Assembly: GCA_046290225.1 (NCBI GenBank) | Contig: JBKAGE010000055.1 | Coordinates: 1-64,000, forward strand | Source: Bradymonadia bacterium | GTDB taxonomy: Bacteria > Myxococcota_A > Bradymonadia > UBA7976 > UBA1532 | Direction of reading: 5' to 3' | Length of the DNA: 64,000 bases | Part shown: positions 48,681 through 58,176 of the stretch, in pieces | Layout of the letters: each line of letters opens with the position of its first letter | Numbering within the stretch: position 1 is the first letter of the stretch | Program-made: the position numbers and the translations under genes | Notes under the pieces: generated by a model | The model's input: only the letters and a program-made list of their open reading frames with translations | The model's database searches: none | What the model was told of the DNA's origin: nothing

Positions 48681-50560
48681 GCTTCGAAAACCTGATGCCA
48701 GAGTTCCAGCATGTACAGAATCCAGAGCTGGCTCGAATGATCGTGGGTGCCCGCCTGATGCTCAGTGCACATCTGCGTCATCGGGGCAGCGGCGAGATAG
48801 CCTCGATCACCGAGGCTGCTCAGGGCCGCGCTCAGAGGCTCGGCGAGGGGCCCGCGCAGCCACTCTGCCAGCGGGATGTCGAAGCCCTGCTTCGGGCGAT
48901 ACAGCACATCGTGGGGCAGATAGGGCTCCATGATCTTCTTCAAGATCCATTTGCCCTCTCCACTGCGCACTTTGTACTTCGCCGGGATCCGGATCGCCTG
49001 CTCGGCGAGGTGGTGATCGAGGAAGGGCGAGCGCACCTCGAGGCTGTGCATCATCGCCATCTTGTCCACCTTCATCAACATGCGATCGGGCAGATAGGTG
49101 TTGATGTCGACGTACAAGAGGCCTGCCAGCGGATCGCGGGTGTTCACCGCGCTGTAGTGACGGGCGAGGACCTCGAAGCTCGAGTACCCACCGAGGGCGC
49201 TCAGGGCCCCTTGAGTGAAGAAGCTGTACTTCTCGGGCTCCCGGAAATACGACACCGAGCGGAAGTGCGCCCGAGCGGCGTCGAGGGCCAGCCCCTGGAG
49301 CGCCGACTTCAAGCGCAGAGGTCGAGGTAGATCCGCACGATCAGGCCAGGCGTCTCCGAGGGCGCCGATGAGGCTGCCCCGCAGGCTCTCGGGGATGAGC
49401 CCCCTCACCCGGTTCTCCAGCAGATCGATCTGGTAACGACGGTAGCCGCCGAGGATCTCGTCGCCGCCGTCACCGCTCAAAGCCACGGTGACCACTTTGC
49501 GGGCGATCTCGCTCACCCGCCCTGTGGGGATCGCCGACGGGTCTGCGAAGGGCTCGTCGAAGTGCCAGACCAGCTTGCGCAGCTCCGCCTCGTCGGCGGC
49601 GTCCACCTTCACCGTCTCGGTGTAGTGGTCAGTGCGGTAACGACGGGCCACCTGCTCGGCGTAATCGCTCTCGTCGAACTTCGCCACGTCGAAGCCGATG
49701 CTCGCCGTACGCACCGCCCCTTTGAGGTGCCTCGACATCAACGCCACCACGGTGCTCGAGTCCACCCCACCAGAGAGGAAGGCCCCGAGGGGCACCTCGG
49801 ACTCCAGGCGGCAGGCCACGGCGTCGTCCACCATGCGCAGGAGCGACTCTTGCTGCAGGCGGCGGGGGCGGAAGTCGGTCTCGTTCGGGTCCAGGCGCCA
49901 GTAAGCCCGAGTCTCCACACGGCCCTGCTCGGCGATGAGCAGGTGCCCGGGCTCGAGCTTGTGCACTTGCTTGAAGATCGTCCGCGGCGCCATCACGCAC
50001 AGGAAGCTCAGGTAGTCGCTCACCGCCTGCAGATCGATGGTCTTGTCGAAGTCACCCAACGCCGTGAACGATTTGATCTCGCTGCCGAAGAGCAACCGAC
50101 CGCCATGGTGCGACCAGTAGAGCGGCTTCTGGCCGAGGCGATCCCGGGCGAGCATCAAGCGCTTGTTCCGAGTGTCCCAGATGGCGAAGGCGAACATGCC
50201 CCTGAGGCGCTCGACGAAGGCTGGGCCCTCTTCGAGGTAGGCATAGACCAGCACCTCGGTGTCAGACTGGGTCTTGAAGCGGTGACCGCGACCCTGAAGC
50301 CAGGATCTCAGCGGCTTGTGGTTGTAGATCTCGCCGTTGAAGATCACCGCCACGGAGCCATCGGCGCTGAAGATGGGCTGATCCCCCCCGGAGACGTCGA
50401 TGATCGACAGCCGCCGGTGGCCCAGGCCTACGGGGCCATCGCAGTGGATGCCGTCGGCGTCTGGCCCCCGGTGGGCGATGAGATCAGTCATCGCCTTCAC
50501 CAGGGCGGGCTCTGCAGCCCGTTGGGGATCATCGTAGAGCAGTCCGGCGATGCCGCACAT
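48677..50560 (-). CDS. asnB: Asparagine synthetase-like glutamine amidotransferase (polysaccharide-locus type)
   Basis: MCGIAG, HRGPD, GHRRLSIID, FNGEIYN, FLSGGVDSS, LSGDGGDE, LEVRSPFLD, R.KQGF. Confidence 0.93.
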   Translation of the reverse strand: MCGIAGLLYDDPQRAAEPALVKAMTDLIAHRGPDADGIHCDGPVGLGHRRLSIIDVSGGDQPIFSADGSVAVIFNGEIYNHKPLRSWLQGRGHRFKTQSDTEVLVYAYLEEGPAFVERLRGMFAFAIWDTRNKRLMLARDRLGQKPLYWSHHGGRLLFGSEIKSFTALGDFDKTIDLQAVSDYLSFLCVMAPRTIFKQVHKLEPGHLLIAEQGRVETRAYWRLDPNETDFRPRRLQQESLLRMVDDAVACRLESEVPLGAFLSGGVDSSTVVALMSRHLKGAVRTASIGFDVAKFDESDYAEQVARRYRTDHYTETVKVDAADEAELRKLVWHFDEPFADPSAIPTGRVSEIARKVVTVALSGDGGDEILGGYRRYQIDLLENRVRGLIPESLRGSLIGALGDAWPDRADLPRPLRLKSALQGLALDAARAHFRSVSYFREPEKYSFFTQGALSALGGYSSFEVLARHYSAVNTRDPLAGLLYVDINTYLPDRMLMKVDKMAMMHSLEVRSPFLDHHLAEQAIRIPAKYKVRSGEGKWILKKIMEPYLPHDVLYRPKQGFDIPLAEWLRGPLAEPLSAALSSLGDRGYLAAAPMTQMCTEHQAGTHDHSSQLWILYMLELWHQVFEA

Positions 50561-50578
50561 GGAGCCTCCGAAATCAGA

Positions 50579-51649
50579 TCAGGGCAGGTTCTTGACCAGG
50601 GGCGGGCCGATGATGCGGGTCAGCGGCACCGGCAGCCGCTGCCACGCCTTGATGGCCAGCGCGTACTTTGGGTTGTGGGGGTTCAGCTCGGGCAGCTCTC
50701 CCCCATCAGCGAGCCAGTAGTACCAGTGCAAAGGCACCGGCTTCGCCCCCCACTGCACCTTGAACTTGTAGGTGCCCTCGTCGGGGGTGCTCCGGCCGAA
50801 GTCGAAGCGGCGGTACCCGTGCTCCACGGCGTACTTGAGCGTGGTCCAATACAGCAACATGTTGGGGCTGAGGTGGTTGTAATCCCCCACCGTAGAGGCC
50901 CAGGGGATCTCCAGTGTGTCCCGGTGGCCGACGACCATGCCGCAGCCCACGGGGGTGCCGCTGTAATAACAAATGATGATCCGCGCCCGATCGCCCATCA
51001 GCTGCACGAAGCGGCCGAGGAACCGCTTGCTGTACACCGGGGTGCCGAGATCCCGCATGTTCCGGGAAAACACCGTGTAGAAGTCGTCGAGCAGTTCGAA
51101 ACCGCCCACCCGGGTGTAGAGGCCCAGCTTCTTGGGCTTTCGGATCTGGCTCCGGAGCTTGGCCTTGAAGCCCTTCCACAGGGCCTCGGTGCTCTCGGGT
51201 AGATCCATCATCATCTCGACTTTGGACTGCTTGCAGGGCCAGCTCACCCCCTCTGCGGGCCCCAGGTGGCGCAGCTCGATGTGGCTCGCCCCTGCGGCGG
51301 CAGCATGGACCGCCGCTTCGTCGCACAGCGCCGCGCGGATCTCAGCGCTGTCGGCGAGGGCTCCACAGTGGTTGAAGTAGGGGATCCCCACGAAGTAGTT
51401 GCCGAAGATGCGGCTCTTCAACTGCACCAGGGGCAACACCCCGACGATCTGTCCCCCCTGCCGCGCGGCGAGATACAGGGTCCGATGGCCCGTCGCCTCG
51501 GTCATGAAGCGACGGAACACCACGCGGTGGTAGACCGCACCTTCAGGGTGCGCCTCCACATAGGCGTCCCAGGCCGCCTCGTCGGCGTGATCTTCAGCGA
51601 GGCACTCCACGGTGACGTTTACGGGGGCCTTGTTCGGGGCGATGCTCAT
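50579..51649 (-). CDS. FemAB-like GNAT protein, XrtA/PEP-CTERM-locus type
   Basis: GVLPLV...SRIFG, KLRSQIRK, NMRDLGTPVY, FDFGRST..EGTYKFK.QWGA, NP.NPKY, W.RLP. Confidence 0.88.
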   Translation of the reverse strand: MSIAPNKAPVNVTVECLAEDHADEAAWDAYVEAHPEGAVYHRVVFRRFMTEATGHRTLYLAARQGGQIVGVLPLVQLKSRIFGNYFVGIPYFNHCGALADSAEIRAALCDEAAVHAAAAGASHIELRHLGPAEGVSWPCKQSKVEMMMDLPESTEALWKGFKAKLRSQIRKPKKLGLYTRVGGFELLDDFYTVFSRNMRDLGTPVYSKRFLGRFVQLMGDRARIIICYYSGTPVGCGMVVGHRDTLEIPWASTVGDYNHLSPNMLLYWTTLKYAVEHGYRRFDFGRSTPDEGTYKFKVQWGAKPVPLHWYYWLADGGELPELNPHNPKYALAIKAWQRLPVPLTRIIGPPLVKNLP

Positions 51650-51665
51650 CCAGGCGCTCCAGCCA

Positions 51666-52259
51666 TCACTTGCGGTGCTTGATCACCTTCGCCGGGATGC
51701 CCACGGCGACGGCGTAATCAGGGATCGGCTTGTTGACCACTGAGCCTGCGCCGATGACGCAGCCCTGGCCGACGTCGGCCAGCACCTTGGCCCCGTTCCC
51801 GATCCAGCTGTTGGCCCCGATGCTGACCCGCTCGAAGGTGCCACCCTGAGCGTTGATGGGGGTGTCGACGTCGTCGATGTGGTGCTGCTTCGACCCGCTG
51901 AGCACGTGCACGCCGCTGCCGAAGAGCACGTCGTCGCCGATGTCGCATAGGCCGATGTTGCACTGCACACCGACATAGACCCGGCGGCCGATCCGGGTAC
52001 CTCGGTGGCTGATCACGGTGCCGAAGGAGATGCAGCAGTCGTCGCTGCAGGCATCGAGGGCCATGCGATAGAACTCTCGCCGCATGTAGATGCCCGGAAA
52101 GCCTGGCACCAGCGACAACGTCTGGCTGGCGTGGTGAAAAGCCTCGTCGGCATCACCGACCGTGGCCGACACGCGATACAGCGCCCACTCCGGCAACACC
52201 GCCCCGCGGCTGACGCCTCGAGCGGCCCGCTTGGCCCACCCCTTGAGATCGCCGATCAT
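51666..52259 (-). CDS. Hexapeptide-repeat O-acyltransferase
   Basis: IG..V..G left-handed beta-helix repeats; WIG.GA.V, IGAGSVV..PIP..AVAVG.PAKV. Confidence 0.88.
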   Translation of the reverse strand: MIGDLKGWAKRAARGVSRGAVLPEWALYRVSATVGDADEAFHHASQTLSLVPGFPGIYMRREFYRMALDACSDDCCISFGTVISHRGTRIGRRVYVGVQCNIGLCDIGDDVLFGSGVHVLSGSKQHHIDDVDTPINAQGGTFERVSIGANSWIGNGAKVLADVGQGCVIGAGSVVNKPIPDYAVAVGIPAKVIKHRK

Positions 52260-53650
52260 CAGGCCTCCTCTCCAGTGCCGTGTGCCTGCTCTGCCTCGGG
52301 CAGCTTGGGCCCCACAGGCGCAGGGCCGAGATCTGCGTCGAGCTGTGCCTGGCTCACCCCCGCTCTCACACCCATCGTGCGCTCGAACTCGGTGACGGTG
52401 CGACGCCCCACGGTGGCCCAGGTGTTGGCCCGGGCATAGCGCACGAGCAAGTCAGAGTCCCAGTCGGTGTCGAGGGCTTTGGCGAGGCCGTCAGCAAATG
52501 CGGCGCCGGTGCGCTCTTTGACCAGCACCCCGAACTCTGGTCGGCACAGACACTCTGGTGTACCCCAGACCTCGGTGATCACCGGCGGCGTACCACACGC
52601 CAGAGATTCGAAGAGCACGTTGGGCCAGCCCTCTTTCGCTGTGGCCAGGGCGAAGACGTCGGCGGCGGAGTAGTAGCGAGGCAGCTCGGTGTTCACCACC
52701 GCGCCGGTGAAGTGCACCCGCTCGGTGAGCCCGGCGCTTGACACCTTCTCTCGCACTTGCTGCACGAAGTCTCCCTCTTCCCCTGCCCCACCGACGAACA
52801 CCATGTGAACGTCGTCGCGGCCCCGCTGCTTGAGCTGGTCCAGGGCGTCGACGAGGATGTGGAACCCTTTGCGCTCCACCATGTGACCCACGCTCACCAC
52901 GAGGGGCACGTCCAGGGGCAGCCCCAGGGCCTTCCGGGCGGCGACCTTGTCGATGGGGGCGAAGCGCACAGGATCCACCCCATTGGCGATGGCCACGCCC
53001 TTCGCTGGATCCATCCCGGCGTCGATGGCGCCGTCGACGAGAGCCCGGCACACGCCAATGACACGATCAGCCTTGGACAAGGCGTACTTCACCTGGGCCC
53101 AACGTACGGGGAACCGCGGCAGATCGTTGATGTCGTGGCCCCGGAGGGTGATGGTGAAAGGCAACCCGGTCCACTTCGCGACCAAAGCTGCAGCAAAACC
53201 ATCAGGAAATGCGAGATGAGCGTCGATCAAATCGGGGACGAACCCCTCTTCCTGCTCCAGACGTCGCATTTCGCGGAGGAAGGCCTCGGCGAGGGCGACC
53301 CCGTCAGCAGGCTTCACGAACCCTGGCACTGAAAGAAAGTGCGGATAATGGGCCGTGAGAGGGGGTCCCATGGCCGAGGCCCCGTGTATTTGATGCCTCG
53401 GGATCTCAAGGCGAGCCTTGTATCGGTCGATGAATCGAGTCGCGATGGGAAACACAGGCACAGGCGAGACCACCCGTAGATCCGCATGTGCCCCTGCTGC
53501 CTGCAACCGGTTGCGCACGAAGACCGCGTGCACCGGAAGGGCTTGAGACGGAAACATGGTCGACAGGGAAAGCACCCTGAGCGGCCGCTGAGGCAAATAC
53601 GCTGGACGCGCGTCACCAGATGATTCAGTGCGCAGATGGGCTGCAGACAA
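52259..53650 (-). CDS. Glycosyltransferase family 4 (GT-B)
   Basis: DLIDAH.AFPDG, ITLRG.D, NGVD, VG....RKG, EGWPNVLFESLACGTP. Confidence 0.9.
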   Translation of the reverse strand: MSAAHLRTESSGDARPAYLPQRPLRVLSLSTMFPSQALPVHAVFVRNRLQAAGAHADLRVVSPVPVFPIATRFIDRYKARLEIPRHQIHGASAMGPPLTAHYPHFLSVPGFVKPADGVALAEAFLREMRRLEQEEGFVPDLIDAHLAFPDGFAAALVAKWTGLPFTITLRGHDINDLPRFPVRWAQVKYALSKADRVIGVCRALVDGAIDAGMDPAKGVAIANGVDPVRFAPIDKVAARKALGLPLDVPLVVSVGHMVERKGFHILVDALDQLKQRGRDDVHMVFVGGAGEEGDFVQQVREKVSSAGLTERVHFTGAVVNTELPRYYSAADVFALATAKEGWPNVLFESLACGTPPVITEVWGTPECLCRPEFGVLVKERTGAAFADGLAKALDTDWDSDLLVRYARANTWATVGRRTVTEFERTMGVRAGVSQAQLDADLGPAPVGPKLPEAEQAHGTGEEA

Positions 53651-53872
53651 TCACTCACCTCGGGAGGGTTTCTCTCGACCGCGTGGGTGCCGAGACGCAG
53701 TCAGATGTGTCGCACATCCTGAGGAGATTGGCCAGAGTGGGCTTGTGGCACATATCCACACATGGCATACCGAGCACGGTTCGCCCAAATCCTTGTGGCG
53801 AAGCAGGGGCGAGAGTAGATTCCGGCCTTCAAGGTTTTAACCCGCACTCAGTGCGTCATTGATACGTGGTTC

Positions 53873-54844
53873 ATGGTTTCTCTGCTGATCACCATCGATG
53901 TTGAGAGCGATATGCCACGCTGGGTGGTGGAGCCGGAGACCACCGTGGAGAACCTCAAGGGGATCCCACGGTTCCAGGCCATGTGCGACCGCCTCGGCGT
54001 ACAGCCCACCTATCTGATGGACTACCCCGTGGCCACCCGGCCCGAGGGCGAGGTGTTTCGGGCCATCGTCGACGACAAGCGGTGCGAGCTCGGGGCCCAC
54101 CTGCATCCGTGGACCTGCCCACCATACAGCGCCAACGAAGATCGACTTCAGCCCACACATCCGAGCCGCCACACCAACTCAGTGCAGGCCGAAAAGCTCA
54201 CCGCCCTCACCGAGGCCATCGAGCAGCGGTTCGGGCAACGGCCCACGAGTTATCGTGCCGGGCGATTCGGGCTCAACGGCGCCGGTCTACAGATTCTGGA
54301 GCGCTTGGGCTACACAGTGGACACCAGCGCCACGCCGTTCACCGACTGGACGGGCGAAGGCGGGGTGGACTGGCGGGCAGCGCCCGAGGTGCCCTACTTC
54401 CCCGATCGCCAGCAGCCCTGGCGTCGCGGCTCGAGCCCCATCCTCGAGGTGCCCGTCTCCATCGGCTGGAGTCGGCACATCCCCGACGCCGTGGGCCGAG
54501 CCATCGTCAAAGCGCCGCGCCGGATGAGGCTCGTCGGGTTGCTCAACAACCCGATGTTCTCACTGGCCCGGCTGGCCTGGCTCTACCCGTCGAGGGACAC
54601 CCTCGACGACATGAAACATCTCGCCGAGGTTCAGGTGACCCGTGGGGTTCCCTTCTTGAACGTCTTCTTTCACTCCAGTGAGATCTGGCCCGGGCAGTCG
54701 ATCTACACCCGAACAGAAGACGATCTCGATCAGTACCTGAACACTCTCGAAGAGTTCTTCCGATTCGCCATCGACCAGCTGGGGGCAGTCCCTCGTACGC
54801 TGAGAGATTTCAGAACTCACCACCTCAATGAGCCGCACGCATAA
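53873..54844 (+). CDS. Polysaccharide deacetylase family protein (WalW-like)
   Basis: ITIDVE.D, PTYL.DYPV, ELGAHLHPW..PP, SYRAGRFG, DTS..P, FHSSE. Confidence 0.85.
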   Translation: MVSLLITIDVESDMPRWVVEPETTVENLKGIPRFQAMCDRLGVQPTYLMDYPVATRPEGEVFRAIVDDKRCELGAHLHPWTCPPYSANEDRLQPTHPSRHTNSVQAEKLTALTEAIEQRFGQRPTSYRAGRFGLNGAGLQILERLGYTVDTSATPFTDWTGEGGVDWRAAPEVPYFPDRQQPWRRGSSPILEVPVSIGWSRHIPDAVGRAIVKAPRRMRLVGLLNNPMFSLARLAWLYPSRDTLDDMKHLAEVQVTRGVPFLNVFFHSSEIWPGQSIYTRTEDDLDQYLNTLEEFFRFAIDQLGAVPRTLRDFRTHHLNEPHA

Positions 54845-54853
54845 GGTAACGAC

Positions 54854-56566
54854 ATGCTGATTCTGGGCATCTCCGCGCTCGACAACAACTGCTGCGCGAT
54901 GCTGTACGAGGACAACAAAGTCCTCGCCGCCATCGCTGAGGAAAGGCTCACCCGCGTGAAGATGCAGGCGGGCTTTCCCTCCCGGGCCATCGAGAAGGTT
55001 CTCGAGATGACCGGTAAGACCGTGGCGGACATCGACAAGGTGGCCTACCCCTTCTTCGACTGGAAAGAAGAGGCCAAGCGGATCAGCGGCACCTACGTGC
55101 GCAACATGGCGTACAACATCCGCACCGATACCCCCGCGGCGTCGAAGGCGTGGCACCAGACCCGGTTCAGCCAGTGGGCCGCTCAGGCCGTGGCGGATCA
55201 CCGGAAGTACAACCAGGAGCTGGACGACGGCCTCAAGAGCCTCGGCCTCTTCGATAAGCTGCAGCGGGTGGAGCATCACCTTGCCCACCACGCCTGTGCC
55301 TACTTCTGCAGCCCCTTCTATGGTGAGGGCGAGAAGTCGCTGGTGCTCAGCCTCGATTGGTACGGCGGCGGCATCGCCGGTGCTGTGGCCATCGCCCACC
55401 CCAACGGCGACTTCGAGCGCCTCACCAGCTTCGACTACCCGCACTCCCTGGGCCTCTTTTACGCCCAGGTCACCGGGGCACTCGGCTTCAAGATGAGCCG
55501 CCACGAGGGCAAGATCGTGGGCCTCGCCGCCTACGGTGATCCCAACATCCTGTACGACAAGGTCCGAGGTCGCTTTTCGATCAGCGACGGTGACTTCAAG
55601 TACAACAGCGGCATGGACGATCGCTTCGTCAAAGATCTCGCCAAGCGCTACAGCCGCGAGGACGTCGCTGCGGTGTGGCAGAAGGTCCTCGAGGACGTCG
55701 TGCAAGAGGTGGTGGGCTACTACATCGACCGCTACAACCTCGATCGCGTGGTCATGGCCGGCGGCGTCGCCGCCAACGTGAAGATGAACCAGCGCGTCTT
55801 CGAGATCCCCGGCGTCAACGGCATCTACGTACACCAGGCCATGGGCGACGACGGCACCGGCACCGGCGCCGCGCTGTGGGTGGCCCATACCCACGACAAC
55901 CTCACCCCCGAGTTCAAGCTGCCCAACGTCTACCTCGGCCCCGGCTACACCGACGAGGAGATCGAGGCTGCCCTCAAGCGCAACGGGGTCAAGGCACGCA
56001 AGTACAAGGACATCGAGAAGGCCATCGCCCGTCGCCTGCACGACGGCAAGGTGGTGGCCCGGTTCAACGGCCGCATGGAGTACGGCCCGCGAGCTCTGGG
56101 CAACCGCTCGATCCTGTATCACTGCAAAGAGCCCGAGGTGAACAAGTGGCTCAACGACCAGCTCAAGCGCACTGAGTTCATGCCCTTCGCCCCTGCCTGC
56201 CTCTACGAGGAGCGGGAGACGTGTTTCAAGAACATGGCTGGCGCCGAGTACGCCGCGAAGTTCATGACCATCACCTTCGACGGCACCGACTTCTTCAACG
56301 AGACCGCCCCGGCAGCAAGCCACGTCGATGGCACTGCCCGGCCTCAGCTGGTCTCGGAAGACATCAACCCGAGCTTCTACCGCATCATCAAGGAGTATCA
56401 GAAGCTCTCGGGGCTGCCGAACATCATCAACACCTCGTTCAACATGCACGAGGAGCCCATCGTCTGTACCCCTGACGATGCCATCCGGGCCTACCAGCAG
56501 GGCAACATTCACTTCCTGGCCATTGGCAACTTCCTCGCCAGTTCGGAAGAAGATCTCGGCGAGTGA
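54854..56566 (+). CDS. O-carbamoyltransferase (NodU/CmcH family)
   Basis: ILGIS, EERLTR.K, EHHLAH, HEGKIVGLAAYG, AGGVAANVK, EYGPRALGNRS, FMPFAP, HVDGTARPQ, NTSFN..EEPIV. Confidence 0.93.
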   Translation: MLILGISALDNNCCAMLYEDNKVLAAIAEERLTRVKMQAGFPSRAIEKVLEMTGKTVADIDKVAYPFFDWKEEAKRISGTYVRNMAYNIRTDTPAASKAWHQTRFSQWAAQAVADHRKYNQELDDGLKSLGLFDKLQRVEHHLAHHACAYFCSPFYGEGEKSLVLSLDWYGGGIAGAVAIAHPNGDFERLTSFDYPHSLGLFYAQVTGALGFKMSRHEGKIVGLAAYGDPNILYDKVRGRFSISDGDFKYNSGMDDRFVKDLAKRYSREDVAAVWQKVLEDVVQEVVGYYIDRYNLDRVVMAGGVAANVKMNQRVFEIPGVNGIYVHQAMGDDGTGTGAALWVAHTHDNLTPEFKLPNVYLGPGYTDEEIEAALKRNGVKARKYKDIEKAIARRLHDGKVVARFNGRMEYGPRALGNRSILYHCKEPEVNKWLNDQLKRTEFMPFAPACLYEERETCFKNMAGAEYAAKFMTITFDGTDFFNETAPAASHVDGTARPQLVSEDINPSFYRIIKEYQKLSGLPNIINTSFNMHEEPIVCTPDDAIRAYQQGNIHFLAIGNFLASSEEDLGE

Positions 56567-57198
56567 GTCCAGCAGTGAAGGCTCCAGGGCCCTCCCCCAC
56601 AGACATCGACCGCGCCCTCGGTGGTGACGCCACCGCCGTGCGCATGCTGATCGGGCACCTGACCCCCGTGGTCCAGGCCCGCGTGGCTCGGGCGCTGATG
56701 CGCCGACAGGGCCAGTCCGGTGGTCGGTCGCTGCGACAAGAGGTGGAAGATCTCTCCCAGGAGGTCTTCTGCGCCCTCTTCGCCGACAAAGGGAAGATTC
56801 TGCGCTCGTGGTCACCGGACAAGGGCGCCTCGCTGGCGAATTTCGTCGGCCTCGTCGCCGAGCGTCAGGTGGCGTCGATCATGCGCAGCGGCAAGCGATC
56901 ACCCTGGACGGAAGATCCCACCTTGAACGCCGATCTCGATCGAGCCATGGGCACCACCCATGGTCCCGAAGTACAGGTGGCGTCACGAGAAATGCTTGAG
57001 CGACTGCTCGAGCTGCTCAAGGGCAAGCTCAGCCCGCTGGGGCTCAACCTCTTCTACAGCCTCTATGTAGAGCAGAAGGGCGTCAGCGAGGTGCAAGCGC
57101 AGTTCCAGATGACCGCAGATGCTGTCTATGCGTGGCGGAGTCGCCTCGGTAAATTAATCAAACAGCTCGCTGCACAAATGCAGTCAGATCCCGCGTGA
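56563..57198 (+). CDS. ECF-type RNA polymerase sigma factor
   Basis: Region 2 (EVEDLSQEVFCALF) and region 4 (L..LSP....LF...YVE...V.EV....M..DAVY.WRSRL); GTGA overlap with the carbamoyltransferase stop. Confidence 0.82.
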   Translation: MSPAVKAPGPSPTDIDRALGGDATAVRMLIGHLTPVVQARVARALMRRQGQSGGRSLRQEVEDLSQEVFCALFADKGKILRSWSPDKGASLANFVGLVAERQVASIMRSGKRSPWTEDPTLNADLDRAMGTTHGPEVQVASREMLERLLELLKGKLSPLGLNLFYSLYVEQKGVSEVQAQFQMTADAVYAWRSRLGKLIKQLAAQMQSDPA

Positions 57199-57264
57199 TG
57201 GCGGCGAATACCCAGATGCGCCGGGTCTCAATGGATGAGGCCCTCCAATCCGTGGGGTGCGTGC

Positions 57265-58149
57265 ATGTCTGATCAAAAGCCCATCGACGAAGGCGCCGAA
57301 GCCTGGATTACAGCCTTGGCCAACCTCGAACGAGAGCAGCGGGGAGAGATCGCCGCCGACGCGCGCCTCGAAGCGCTGAGCGCCGGCGATCTCTCAGATG
57401 AAGATCTGGCCGAGCTTCAAGCGCTCGCCGCATCAGAGCCGGAGTGGGGTGAGGCCCTGGAGGCCTTCGAGCCCCTGGATGATGCCGCCCTTGATCGCAT
57501 GACGGCGCAAGTCCTCGCCGAGATGGGGGTGGCCTCTGCTGAAGAGGCAGCACCTTCAGACGTGCAGAGCGTCAAGAGCGACACGCTGCTGGCCCACGAA
57601 GAGCCTGCTGAGACGTCGACACCAGACAATGTCGTGCAGCTCTCGGCGCACCGTCGGCCTCGCTGGGTGTGGGGCGCGGGCATCGGCAGCCTCGCCGCAG
57701 CGGCGGCGCTGGCCTTCTTCATGATGAAGCCCAATGTGGTGCCGATGCCGGGCTACGGCATCGAGGTGGCCATGGGTCAATCCGACTTCCGGGGCGACGA
57801 GCCTCAGGCGAAGGTGACCCGCCTGACACCCAACACCCGCCTCGATGTGACCCTGCGGCCCGAGTCAAAAGTCGACGCCCCTGTGGCGGTGAGGGCGTTC
57901 CTGAAGTCTGGCGACTCTGTGGTGCGCTGGAATCCTCCGGTGAAGGTTCTGGAGAACGGCGTCGTGCAGCTGACGGGTCGAACCGGCGATCTGATGCCTT
58001 CAGCTCTCAAGGGTCGAGTCACGATGTTGCTCGCCGTGGGTGTCGAAGAGGCCCTGCCCCACACCCCGGAGCAGGCGGCAGAGGCCATGAAGACCGGCGC
58101 ATCAGAGGGCTGGCGACTGCTTCGACATGAGCTCGAGCTGCTGCCCTGA
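57265..58149 (+). CDS. Putative anti-sigma factor: acidic N-terminus, one TM helix, periplasmic beta domain
   Basis: Directly follows the ECF sigma; NVVQL....R then TM GIGSLAAAAALAFFMM. Confidence 0.6.
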   Translation: MSDQKPIDEGAEAWITALANLEREQRGEIAADARLEALSAGDLSDEDLAELQALAASEPEWGEALEAFEPLDDAALDRMTAQVLAEMGVASAEEAAPSDVQSVKSDTLLAHEEPAETSTPDNVVQLSAHRRPRWVWGAGIGSLAAAAALAFFMMKPNVVPMPGYGIEVAMGQSDFRGDEPQAKVTRLTPNTRLDVTLRPESKVDAPVAVRAFLKSGDSVVRWNPPVKVLENGVVQLTGRTGDLMPSALKGRVTMLLAVGVEEALPHTPEQAAEAMKTGASEGWRLLRHELELLP

Positions 58150-58176
58150 GCAGCCACCTCCTGCTCTCCCTCCAAA

